Positions 12,313-45,469 of a stretch of 62,266 nt of DNA are shown here, one piece after another. The stretch lies in contig NIVC01001251.1 in NCBI GenBank assembly GCA_002269645.1, forward strand, positions 1 to 62,266, given 5' to 3'. How positions within the stretch are numbered: the stretch's first letter is position 1; every line of letters starts with the position of its first letter. This DNA is from Macrostomum lignano. Taxonomy: Eukaryota. Position numbers and translations under genes: made by a program. The notes below the pieces were generated by a model. That model was not told the DNA's origin and ran no database searches. It saw nothing but the letters and a program-made list of their open reading frames with translations.

Positions 12313-12935
12313 CAGGGGTCGGCAAACTCCTCTGGCCCGCCAAACCTGGCGTCCCTCGGGTACTTCGAAACTTTAAAATAGCAATCCAGCCCACTTAAGG
12401 TTTGTGCCCTCTTCTCTCATCTCTCTCTTCTCTCCCTCCCTTCTCTCTTCTCAATTCTCTCCATCCATTCCCTCCTCTCCCTTCTCTCATCTCCTCTCTC
12501 TTCTCTCCTCTCCTCTCCCTTCTCTCCTCTCCTCACCCTTTTCTCCTCTCCCTTCTCTCCTCTCCTCTCCCTTCTCTCCTCTCCCTTCTCTCCTCTCCTC
12601 TCTCTTCTCTCCTCTCCTTACCCTTCTCTCCTCTCCTCTCCCTTCTCTCCTCTCCCTTCTCTCCTCTCCTCTCCCTTCTCTCCTCTCCTCTCCCTTCTCT
12701 CCTCTCCCTTCTCTCCTCTCCTCTCCCTTCTCTCCTCTCCCTTCTCTCCTCTCCTCTCCCTTCTCTCCTCTCCTCTCCCTTCTCTCCTCTCCTCACCCTT
12801 CTCTCCTCTCCCTTCTCTCCTCTCCTCTCCCTTCTCTCCTCTCCTCACCCTTCTCTCCTCTCCTCTCCCTTCTCTCCTCTCCCTTCTCTCCTCTCCTCTC
12901 CCTTCTTTCCTTTCCCCTCCCTTCTCTTCTCTCTT
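12313..12935. mobile_element. Second, inverted copy of the hAT-like element end, followed by a TC-rich array
   Basis: 12313-12410 (CAGGGGTCGGCAAACTCCTCTGGCCCGC...GAAACTTTAAAATAGCAATCCAGCCCACTTAAGGTTTGTG) aligns with the reverse complement of 5955-6055. It is preceded by GTCTAAAC, a Charlie-type NTCTARAN target. The far end was not found. Confidence 0.65.
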
Positions 12936-12960
12936 GTGTTGGGATGGCTTAACACATTAG

Positions 12961-13570
12961 AGTGAAGAATCACACAGCAGCAGTCAAGAATCACACAGCA
13001 ACAGTCAAGAATCACACAGCAGCAGTGAAGAATCACACAGCAACAGTCAAGAATCACACAGCAGCAGTCAAGAATCACACAGCAGCAGTCAAGAATCACA
13101 CAGCAGCAGTCAAGAATCACACAGCAGCAGTCAAGAATCACACAGCAACAGTCAAGAATCACACAGCAGCAGTGAAGAATCACACAGCAGCAGTCAAGAA
13201 TCACACAGCAGCAGTGAAGAATCACACAGCAGCAGTCAAGAATCACACAGCAGCAGTGAAGAATCACACAGCAGCAGTCAAGAATCACACAGCAACAGTC
13301 AAGAATCACACAGCAGCAGTGAAGAATCACACAGCAGCAGTCAAGAATCACACAGCAGCAGTCAAGAATCACACAGCAGCAGTGAAGAATCACACAGCAG
13401 CAGTCAAGAATCACACAGCAACAGTCAAGAATCACACAGCAACAGTCAAGAATCACACAGCAACAGTCAAGAATCACACAGCAACAGTCAAGAATCACAC
13501 AGCAACAGTCAAGAATCACACAGCAACAGTCAAGAATCACACAGCAGCAGTCAAGAATCACACAGCAGCA
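12961..13570. repeat. 21-bp minisatellite (AAGAATCACACAGCAGCAGTC), about 29 copies
   Basis: Visible array. It explains the VKNHTAA and CCCVILD ORFs. Confidence 0.95.
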
Positions 13571-14051
13571 TGCTGTAAAGAATTTAACTGTAAAAATATT
13601 TGTTATGTCCACTTGATTCTACTATGGCACGCATATAAAGTAGTGAATTAAACATATCAATCGAAAAACGACTTTAGACATGTCGTTTTAATTTATATGA
13701 TGTCATAATATATGAGGCCACTGTATACCTTGTGTGAGCGTACATATGAGTGCTGTGCCTGCGTACAGTATTGGCGCGCTTGCATATGCTCAGGAGTCAG
13801 CGGAATGGACAAGAATTATCTTAGCCATCTTGCAATTGTTATCATTTATCAAGGAGTGCTTCTAGTCCAGTTTCCTGTATTTTAAAAGTCCATGACTAAA
13901 CTGACATGAACATCTAAAAATAATATCTGGACTAAAGGAATCCTAAGCAAGGAAATTTCTAGAAAATATCTATGACCAAAAAACGTTAGAAAAAATTTCT
14001 GAATGGACCCCGAACGCGTGATGAGCTGGCTATAAATATTTATATATAGTC

Positions 14052-14408
14052 ATGGTGTACTCGCAGCACAGCTACGCATTATCTGGCCGGCTGCCAACCT
14101 GCTCAGAGCTGGCCGGCCTGATCCGAGTACACGTGCTGTTCCGCGGCCAGGGCAGCTTCGCCTGCTTGGACCGGCTGCAGCAGACCCTGGCCGTCGGCCA
14201 CCCGGATGTCCTGCTGGTCAGCCGGATCGGCCGTCGCGAAGGCTTCACCGTGTTCATCAACGGGGCCCTGGTGTACGAGAGGTCCACATCGTCAGCTAGT
14301 TCAACGGATCCTTTCACGGACCGCCTGCTGGCCTGGGTGGTCAAGCAGATCCACAATGCTAGGCAGGGCCTGCCGTGCACCCAGACTCATCCTATCTCAG
14401 CGACCTAG
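14052..14408 (+). CDS. Intronless Rdx-family (SelW/MIEN1-like thioredoxin-like fold) protein, 118 aa, lacking the CxxC/CxxU motif
   Basis: Non-repetitive GC-rich ORF with a TATA-like TATAAATA at about 14031. By recall it aligns with MIEN1: IRVHVLF~VRIVVEY, HPDVLLVSRIG~YPGIEIESRLG, GFTVFINGALVYER~AFEIEINGQLVFSK, IHNARQG~IRRASNG. Confidence 0.55.
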   Translation: MVYSQHSYALSGRLPTCSELAGLIRVHVLFRGQGSFACLDRLQQTLAVGHPDVLLVSRIGRREGFTVFINGALVYERSTSSASSTDPFTDRLLAWVVKQIHNARQGLPCTQTHPISAT

Positions 14409-14625
14409 TCCGGCATCCTCTGCGTGACCCTTCGGTTTTGCGTTGTTTATTTCTGCCACGGATTCTGCTCTTTAATTTGATTTTAGCACAAAGCATGACT
14501 TCATTTAGCTAACAAGATTATTTGAATTTGCCGCGTTTCTGAGCTTTACAAAGTTTGGCTTCAGAACAGACTGAGGCTGAGAACAGGGAGCAGGGAAAAT
14601 ATGCAGATCTGAGACCGAGTGGTTG

Positions 14626-16020
14626 ATGAGAACAGTGTGAGAATAGTGGAGAACAGTGTGAGAAGAAAGTGAGAACAGTGTGAGAAGAAAGTGAGAACAG
14701 TGTGAGAAGAGAATGAGAACAGTGTGAGAAGAGAGTGAGAACAGTGTGAGAATAGAGTGAGAACAGTGTGAGAATAGAGTGAGAACAGTGTGAGAATAGA
14801 GTGAGAACAGTGTGAGAATAGAGTGAGAACAGTGTGAGAAAAGAGTGAGAACACTGTGAGAATAGAGTGAGAACAGTGTGAGAATAGAGTGAGAACAGTG
14901 TGAGAATAGAGTGAGAACAGTGTGAGAAGAGAATGAGAACAGTGTGAGAAGAGAATGAGAACAGTGTGAGAAGAGAATGAGAACAGTGTGAGAATAGGAT
15001 AAGAACAGTGTGAGAATAGGATGAGAACAGTGTGAGAATAGAGTGAGAACAGTGTGAGAATAGAATGAGAACAGTGTGAGAATAGAATGAGAACAGTGTG
15101 AGAATAGAATGAGAACAGTGTGAGAATAGAATGAGAACAGTGTGAGAAGAGAATGAGAACAGTGTGAGAAGAGAATGAGAACAGTGTGAGAATAGGATAA
15201 GAACAGTGTGAGAAGAGAGTGAAAACAGTGTGAGAAGAGAGTGAGAACAGTATGAGAATAGAATGAGAACAGTGTGAGAATAGAGTGAGAACAGTGTGAG
15301 AATAGAATGAGAACAGTGTGAGAATAGAGTGAGAACAGTGTGAGAATAGAATGAGAACAGTGTGAGAATAGAGTGAGAACAGTGTGAGAATAGAGTGAGA
15401 ACAGTATGAGAATAGAATGAGAACAGTGTGAGAATATAGTGAGAACAGTGTGAGAATAGAGTGAGAACAGTGTGAGAATAGAATGAGAACAGTGTGAGAA
15501 TAGAATGAGAACAGTGTGAGAATAGAATGAGAACAGTGTGAGAATAGAATGAGAACAGTGTGAGAAGAGAATGAGAACAGTGTGAGAATAGAATGAGAAC
15601 AGTGTGAGAATAGGATAAGAACAGTGTGAGAAGAGAGTGAAAACAGTGTGAGAAGAGAGTGAGAACAGTATGAGAATAGAATGAGAACAGTGTGAGAATA
15701 GAGTGAGAACAGTGTGAGAATAGAATGAGAACAGTGTGAGAATAGAGTGAGAACAGTGTGAGAATAGAATGAGAACAGTGTGAGAATAGAGTGAGAACAG
15801 TGTGAGAATAGAGTGAGAACAGTATGAGAATAGAATGAGAACAGTGTGAGAATATAGTGAGAACAGTGTGAGAAGAGAGTGAGAACAGTGTGAGAATAGG
15901 ATGATAACAGTGTGAGAAGAGAATGAGAACAGTGTGAGAAGAGAGTGAGAACAGTGTGAGAAGAGAGTGAGAACAGTGTGAGAATAGGATGATAACAGTG
16001 TGAGAAGAGAGTGAGAACAG
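14626..16020. repeat. 22-bp minisatellite (GTGAGAACAGTGTGAGAATAGA), about 63 copies
   Basis: Visible array. It explains the SHTVLTLFSHC minus-strand ORFs. Confidence 0.95.
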
Positions 16021-16587
16021 TTACAAGATAATGAGAAGTGCTTGAGAGCAGATGCAAGTGACCTCGAGGGGACTCTAGTAATCGAGTATTTGTATCCGGA
16101 CAAATGGTGCATATCTCGAACTGGGCCAAAATATGAGCTGCATCTTGTTATAACCGCTTCCCACGCCTAATACGCCAGTACAAGCGGCAAAATTTCTTAT
16201 AAGTGACTGCCACTCACCCGCTCTTCGGCATATAAAGTGGCTCACAGCCATAAAACAGCCCGCCCTCCTCCCTTCTCCACTAACCCCGCCTCTCAATTCT
16301 CACGGGGCGCGACACGCGCGCAGATGAAGAATTGCGCGTAGGCGCACGCGCGAGCTAGTAAATAAAGCTCCGAAGCTGAGTTGGTTTTTGTGTGGTGTGG
16401 AACCAGAGTTATCATCCGGACTCGAGCCTGAGTTAATTCGATAGAATATAAATATTATTGAGGCTTTCATTCTCTAAGCATACTGGTACTTTTTTAATGA
16501 GATAATTGATTGCCTATATGGCTAAAACTGGTTGATTGGATGAGACTTCTGTTCAATCAGGGTCTTTGACGGATACGGTTTCATATG

Positions 16588-17860
16588 GATGAGATCTCGT
16601 AGGGATGAGATCTCGTAGGGGTGAGATCTCGTAGGGATGAGATCTCGTAGGGATGAGATCTCGTAGGGATGAGATCTCGTAGGGATGAGATGTCTTAGGG
16701 ATCTCGTAGGATGAGATCTCGTAGGGATGAGATCTCTTAGGGATCTCGTAGGATGAGATCTCGTAGGGATGAGATCTCGTAGGGATGAGATCTCGTAGGG
16801 ATGAGATCTCGTAGGGATGAGATCTCGTAGGGATGAGATCTCGTAGGGATGAGATAGAATTGATGGAATCTCATGCAAATGGGATCTCAGTAGGATCGAA
16901 TCTCAAAAAGTTGGAATCTCATTTGGAATGGAATCTAATAGGGATGGAATCTCATAGGGATGGAATCTCATAGGGATGGAATCTCATAGGGATGGAATCT
17001 CATAGGGATGGAATCTCATAGGGATGGAATCTCATAGGGATGGAATCTAATAGGGATGGAATCTCATACGGATGGAATCTCATAGGGATGGAATCTCATA
17101 GGGATGGAATCTCATAGGGATGGAATCTCATAGGGATGGAATCTCATAGGGATGGAATCTCATACGGATGGAATCTCATAGGGATGGAATCTCATAGGGA
17201 TGGAATCTCATAGGGATGGAATCTCATACGGATGGAATCTCATAGGGATGGAATCTCATACGGATGGAATCTCATAGGGATGGAATCTCATAGGGATGGA
17301 ATCTCATAGGGATGGAATCTCATAGGGATGGAATCTCATAGGGATGGAATCTCATAGGGATGGAATCTCATAGGGATGGAATCTCATACGGATGGAATCT
17401 CATAGGGATGGAATCTCATAGGGATGGAATCTCATAGGGATGGAATCTCATAGGGATGGAATCTCATAGGGATGGAATCTCATATGGATGGAATCTCATA
17501 GGGATGGAATCGAATCTAATAGGGATGGAATCTCATAAGGATGGAATCTCATAGGGATGGAATCGAATCTAATAGGGATGGAATCTAATAGGGATGGAAT
17601 CTCATAAGGATGGAATCTCATAGGGATGGAATCGAATCTAATAGGGATGGAATCTAATAGGGATGGAATCTCATAAGGATGGAATCTCATAGGGATGGAA
17701 TCGAATCTCATAGGGATGGAATCTCATAGGGATGGAATCGAATCTAATAGGGATGGAATCTCATAAGGATGGAATCTCATAGGGATGGAATCTCATAGGG
17801 ATGGAATCTCATAGGGATGGAATCTCATAGGGATGGAATCTCATAGGGATGGAACTTCAT
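16588..17860. repeat. Two adjacent related 16-bp minisatellites (GGGATGAGATCTCGTA then GGGATGGAATCTCATA)
   Basis: First array at 16588-16855, second at about 16925-17860. Confidence 0.95.
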
Positions 17861-18299
17861 AGGTATATATATCATAAGGTTGGTTACAGTGAGTTGAGAT
17901 TGCGCCACAATGACACTCTTATATCCAACTCTGTATTCTGTCAAGAGACGGGAGAAATCAAAGCAGAAAGCATCGCAGTGGCTGGTTGAGAGTCCTACTT
18001 ACGGCTCGTAATTAGTGCAGCATGCGGGTTGCCTAATCGGGGTGGTAGCCGGGTTCTGCTCCCCAGCTCTGCAGAAATTAATTTGCACCTACGGAATTCG
18101 AAACAAGGCGCTAATTAGAGCTAAAAAAATTTGCTTCACTGGCGGACCCTCTCCCCGTTTGTTTCATTTTGCTTCAGCACTTGGATCTAATTGCTGCCGG
18201 AGTCGGGTAGCGATTAACCGCCCGAACGCCCTCGGATTCTCCTATTGATATCTGAGGTGCCTGCTATTCGGGCGCGAACTCGGGGCTTTGCAAATTAAT

Positions 18300-19419
18300 A
18301 TTTTGCCTACCCTGCCTACCCTGCCTACCCTGCCTACCCTGTCTAATCTGCCTACCCTGCCTTCCCTGCCTACCCTGCCTACCCTGGCATTATATGGTGC
18401 ATTCTGCATTGTAGGCAGGGTAGATATAGTAGGCACTGTACGTAAGTTGGTCAGGGCAAAAAGGTATAGGCAGGTTAGGTAGGGTAGGCAAATTATTCTA
18501 GGGTAGACAAAGTAGGTAGGGTAGGCAGGGTATGCAGGGTAGGCAGGGTAGGCAGGGTAGGCAGGGTAGGCAGGGTAGGTAGGGTAGGCAAAGTTGGTAG
18601 AGTAGACAGGGTAGGCAGGGCAGGGTAGGCAGGGTAGGCAGGGTAGGCAGGGTAGGCAGGGTAGGCAGGGTGGCAGGGTAAAAATTTTTTATGAAAATGA
18701 AACTCTATAAGCTCTAATCACACAGCTATAGAACACATAACAGAGCACTAGCTAACATACTGTGCATGCTACGAGTAAATTAAAAAAATGATAATCTTTT
18801 TCTGCCGCTGATCACATGCAATCATTGGTTGTGATGAAAAAAAAGACTTTTTCCTATCTCCGCAACGTATTTTTTCCAGGAAATTGGCTTTCGAAAAATT
18901 ACCCGTGGCAGGGTAGGCAGGATACGCAGAGTGGGCGGGGTAGGCAAAGTACATGTAGGCAGGATAGCTAGAGTGGCCAGGGTATGGCATGGTAGGTAAA
19001 GTAGGCAGGGTAGGTAGCGGAATGGGCGACGCTCGCCTCCCCGCTGCGTCTTCGGACCGCCCTGCAGCTAAGGCAGGGTAGGCAGGGAAGGCAGGGTAGG
19101 CAGCGTAGGCAGGGTAGGCAGAGTAGGCAGAGTAGGTAGGGTAGGCAGGATACGCAGAGTGGGCGGGGTAGGCAAAGTACAGGCAAAGGGCAGGATAGCT
19201 AGGGTGGCCTCTGCCACCCTGCCCTGCCTACCCTGTCTACTCTACCAACTTTGCCTACCCTACCTACCCTGCCTACCCTGCTTATCCTACCTACTTTGTC
19301 TACCCTAGAATAATTTGCCTACCCTACCTAACCTGTCTATACCTTTTTGCCCTGACCAACTTACGTACAGTGCCTACTATATCTACCCTGTCTACCCTCT
19401 CTACCCTGCCTACAATGCA
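18300..19419. mobile_element. Foldback-like element: long inverted arms built from 9-bp CCCTGCCTA subrepeats
   Basis: 18405-18677 is the reverse complement of 19211-19419, including the unique stretch GATATAGTAGGCACTGTACGTAAGTTGGTCAGGGCAAAAAGG. An extra (CCCTGCCTA)n block lies at 18300-18386. Confidence 0.65.
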
Positions 19420-19853
19420 ATAATGTTAATTAATCGAACTTCAGTTAATTTCGCTAATCTCCCCGGCAGCCCGCATTGGAGTCTGCCTTCTGTTTAGAAA
19501 GCCAATCAAGGCCATCCAAAACGTGTGCATCAAACAGAAGGTATCAATCTTCCCAGAATCCGACCACTAGCCTCATCAGTAGCTAGCTAATCAACTAGGT
19601 TGGCTTTCTAGAGCAAATGAGTTAGGAATTAATGCAAGTAGCAGGAGATGGCAATGTCTGAAGATGGTAAGCAACAAAGAAATAACTGATACACAGACTG
19701 CTAAACTAGAATACTCGAGTAGTTAGAACCGAGCTGGCCTTGTCGCTGGGGGGCAGTAGCGCCGGCCGATTCCTCCAATGAAGACTAATAGTTAACAATT
19801 TCCCGAATTCAAATACAAATTTTAAATGATGAGGAGCTAAGAGAGATGATAAC

Positions 19854-19903
<50 letters not shown>

Positions 19904-20104
19904 GGAGAGAGAGAGTAAATACTGAACTCGCTGCTGAAATGAATTCATTCTGAGAATATCTATCCATCTATTCAATTTATTTTTTTGGTAAAAACGGCTT
20001 AATGTATGCCGAATTTTATCGGGAAATCCCCTGCTAACAGCGAAATGGGATGCCAGAGTCCAGGAAAGAGGGAGAGAAAGATGAAGGAAGGAGACAGAGG
20101 GAGA

Positions 20105-23057
20105 GGGAGAGACAGAGGCAGAGAGTTAGGGAGAGAGAGAGACAGGGCAGAGAGTTAGGGAGAGAGAGAGAGAGACAGGCAGAGAGTTAGGGAGAGAGAG
20201 AGAGAGACAGGCCAGAGAGTTAGGGAGAGAGAGAGAGAGAGAGACAGGGCAGAGAGTTAGGGAGAGAGAGAGACAGGGCAGAGAGTTAGGGAGAGAGAGA
20301 GAGAGAGACAGGGCAGAGAGTTAGGGAGAGAGAGAGAGAGAGACAGGGCAGAGAGTTAGGGAGAGAGAGAGAGAGACAGGCAGAGAGTTAGGGAGAGAGA
20401 GAGAGAGACAGGCAGAGAGTTAGGGAGAGAGAGAGAGAGACAGGGCAGAGAGTTAGGGAGAGAGAGAGACAGAGGCAGAGAGTTAGGGAGAGAGAGAGAC
20501 AGGCAGAGAGTTAGGGAGAGAGAGAGACAGGCAGAGAGTTAGGGAGAGAGAGAGAGAGACAGGGCAGAGAGTTAGGGAGAGAGAGAGACAGAGGCAGAGA
20601 GTTAGGGAGAGAGAGAGAGAGAGACAGGGCAGAGAGTTAGGGAGAGAGAGAGAGAGACAGAGGCAGAGAGTTAGGGAGAGAGAGAGAGAGAGAGAGGCAG
20701 AGAGTTAGGGAGAGAGAGAGAGAGACAGAGGCAGAGAGTTAGGGAGAGAGAGAGAGAGACAGGGCAGAGAGTTAGGGAGAGAGAGAGAGAGACAGAGGCA
20801 GAGAGTTAGGGAGAGAGAGAGAGAGACAGGCAGAGAGTTAGGGAGAGAGAGAGAGAGACAGAGGCAGAGAGTTAGGGAGAGAGAGAGAGAGAGGCAGAGA
20901 GTTAGGGAGAGAGAGACAGGCAGAGAGTTAGGGAGAGAGAGAGACAGAGGCAGAGAGTTAGGGAGAGAGAGAGAGAGAGGCAGAGAGTTAGGGAGAGAGT
21001 TAGGGAGAGAGAGAGAGACAGGGCAGAGAGTTAGGGAGAGAGAGAGAGACAGGGCAGAGAGTTAGGGAGAGAGAGAGACAGGGCAGAGAGTTAGGGAGAG
21101 AGAGAGAGAGACAGAGGCAGAGAGTTAGGGAGAGAGAGAGAGAGGCAGAGAGTTAGGGAGAGAGTTAGGGAGAGAGAGAGAGACAGGGCAGAGAGTTAGG
21201 GAGAGAGAGAGAGAGGCAGAGAGTTAGGGAGAGAGAGAGAGAGACAGAGGCAGAGAGTTAGGGAGAGAGAGAGAGAGAGAGGCAGAGAGTTAGGGAGAGA
21301 GGGAGAGAGACAGAGGCAGAGAGTTAGGGAGAGAGAGAGAGACAGGGCAGAGAGTTAGGGAGAGAGAGAGAGAGAGGCAGAGAGTTAGGGAGAGAGGGAG
21401 AGAGACAGAGGCAGAGAGTTAGGGAGAGAGAGAGAGAGAGGCAGAGAGTTAGGGAGAGAGAGAGAGAGACAGAGGCAGAGAGTTTAGGGAGAGAGAGAGA
21501 GAGAGGCAGAGAGTTAGGGAGAGAGGGAGAGAGACAGAGGCAGAGAGTTAGGGAGAGAGAGAGACAGAGGCAAAGAGTTAGGGAGAGAGAGAGACAGAGG
21601 CAGAGAGTTAGGGAGAGAGAGAGAGACAGGGCAGAGAGTTAGGGAGAGAGAGAGAGAGAGACAGGGCAGAGAGTTAGGGAGAGAGAGAGACAGGCAGAGA
21701 GTTAGGGAGAGAGAGACAGGCAGAGAGTTAGGGAGAGAGAGAGACAGAGGCAGAGAGTTAGGGAGAGAGAGAGACAGAGGCAGAGAGTTAGGGAGAGAGA
21801 GAGAGAGAGGCAGAGAGTTAGGGAGAGAGGGAGAGAGACAGAGGCAGAGAGTTAGGGAGAGAGAGAGACAGAGGCAGAGAGTTAGGGAGAGAGAGAGAGA
21901 GAGGCAGAGAGTTAGGGAGAGAGAGAGAGAGACAGAGGCAGAGAGTTAGGGAGAGAGAGAGAGAGAGGCAGAGAGTTAGGGAGAGAGGGAGAGAGACAGA
22001 GGCAGAGAGTTAGGGAGAGAGAGAGACAGAGGCAAAGAGTTAGGGAGAGAGAGAGACAGAGGCAGAGAGTTAGGGAGAGAGAGAGAGACAGGGCAGAGAG
22101 TTAGGGAGAGAGAGAGAGAGAGACAGGGCAGAGAGTTAGGGAGAGAGAGAGACAGGCAGAGAGTTAGGGAGAGAGAGACAGGCAGAGAGTTAGGGAGAGA
22201 GAGAGACAGAGGCAGAGAGTTAGGGAGAGAGAGAGACAGAGGCAGAGAGTTAGGGAGAGAGAGAGAGAGAGGCAGAGAGTTAGGGAGAGAGGGAGAGAGA
22301 CAGAGGCAGAGAGTTAGGGAGAGAGAGAGACAGAGGCAGAGAGTTAGGGAGAGAGAGAGAGAGAGGCAGAGAGTTAGGGAGAGAGTTAGGGAGAGAGAGA
22401 GAGACAGGGCAGAGAGTTAGGGAGAGAGAGAGAGAGAGACAGGGCAGAGAGTTAGGGAGAGAGAGAGACAGGTAGAGAGTTAGGGAGAGAGAGACAGGCA
22501 GAGAGTTAGGGAGAGAGAGAGACAGAGGCAGAGAGTTAGGGAGAGAGAGAGACAGAGGCAGAGAGTTAGGGAGAGAGAGAGACAGAGGCAAAGAGTTAGG
22601 GAGAGAGAGAGAGACAGGGCAGAGAGTTAGGGAGAGAGAGAGAGACAGGGCAGAGAGTTAGGGAGAGAGAGAGAGACAGGGCAGAGAGTTAGGGAGAGAG
22701 AGAGAGACAGGGCAGAGAGTTAGGGAGAGAGAGAGACAGAGGCAGAGAGTTAGGGAGAGAGAGAGACAGAGGCAGAGAGTTAGGGAGAGAGTTAATGAGA
22801 GAGAGAGAGACAGGGCAGAGAGTTAGGGAGAGAGTTAGGGAGAGAGACAGGCCAGAGAGTTAGGGAGAGAGAGAGACAGAGGCAGAGAGTTAGGGAGAGA
22901 GTTAGGGAGAGAGACAGGCCAGAGAGTTAGGGAGAGAGAGAGACAGAGGCAGAGAGTTAGGGAGAGAGAGAGACAGAGGCAGAGAGTTAGGGAAAGAGAA
23001 AGAAAGAGAGACAGAGAGAAAGAGAGAGCGAGAGAGAGAGGAGTTAGGGAGAGAGAG
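20105..23057. repeat. About 3-kb compound satellite: GGCAGAGAGTTAGGG + variable (GA)n + CA
   Basis: Visible array with one TTAGGG per unit. Preceded by (GA)n at 19857-19916. Confidence 0.95.
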
Positions 23058-23996
23058 ATCTGTGAAATCTGTGTGCAAACACCAGATAGCCAATGAGAGT
23101 AGCAGTTCTAACCTTCGGTGAGGGTGGGATTAGTCGGTCTCAGCAAGGCTCTCGGCTCCTGGAGATCCAGGAAGACTGGGTCGAGCCCAATCCCGGGATG
23201 TCTCTTTGTCCTGTCCTGGCGTGCTTCCCCTCCTCCCCCACCTGGCGCTGCGGCGTAGCTACTCGATCCCTAACTGAGCGATGGATTGGGCGGGGCTGAT
23301 GATGGAGGCTGGGAGGCAATCCAGCCACTATGATGGGCTGCCCACCCCATTCCTCTCATAGAGAGAAGAGAGCGTTATATTAGCGCTCAGCCTCTCCATG
23401 GCACACAGTTGACTTTACAATAAGCTTCGAATTTTACGAGCGTAGCTTTGCAAGGCGCACAGATCTCACTAACAGTGTGGAACACATCGTTTATATTTAT
23501 TGTCTCTATCGACCAAAAACCAGCAGAGGCTGAAGAACCATTTTCTGATAGGTGAGTTACCGAGTATCACTGTTAAGTATCATTGCCGAGTATCATTGCC
23601 GAGTATCATTGCCGAATATCATCTCACCAGTGGACGCGCCATCGAGATGCAAAAAAGGCAGAATCTGGACACTGTTCACCCTCCCCCGGACAGCTCCAAA
23701 TTCATGTTTATTTCGATCCTTGCCAAATCAACAATTCAGAAATCATTGTACTCTTCTGAGGCTCAGCAGGTCTCAGTCTGTCTCTCAAGCCTGCCTCTCC
23801 CTGCTTCATCAGAGACTGAAGCAGCTGCCTTTTCTATACATTACGCTGATTGAATTTGTCGTTTTTTTCAATAATATTGCAACCTTTTGAGAAGGGAAGC
23901 GGACTGACTCCGCATTATTTTCCGATTTTGATTGCCTCCCCCCCAGCCAAGCACTGCTCTGCCTCCCCCGATTGCCGATTGCCTTTCCGCTTATGT

Positions 23997-24686
<690 letters not shown>

Positions 24687-24972
24687 TCGCATTTTTCCTA
24701 GAAAACCCCATCATCAACGTACCTCCATGGGGACGAGTTCGAAAGAGCTTCTCTCATTATAAAAATGAAATGTTTTACGATCTTATTTGCTTCTCGTATT
24801 AAAAACAAGAAATTATTACTTTCCAATGCCGCTTCTTCCATCCCACATTTCCCCAATTGTTTGCTACCGACCCCGTGTTTAAAGCAAACACAGAAATTTC
24901 AATTCCCAACAAACCCTCAGCATTGAAAGCGACAAGCTTCCCACCAGCTGAGCAGCTGAGCACCGATTAGCC

Positions 24973-45469
<20,497 letters not shown>

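Noticed and set aside
16146-16414. Possible solo LTR (TG...CA, TATA-like boxes, AATAAA)
   Set aside because: Terminal inverted repeats are weak, with no TSD, PBS or PPT and no second copy in the window.
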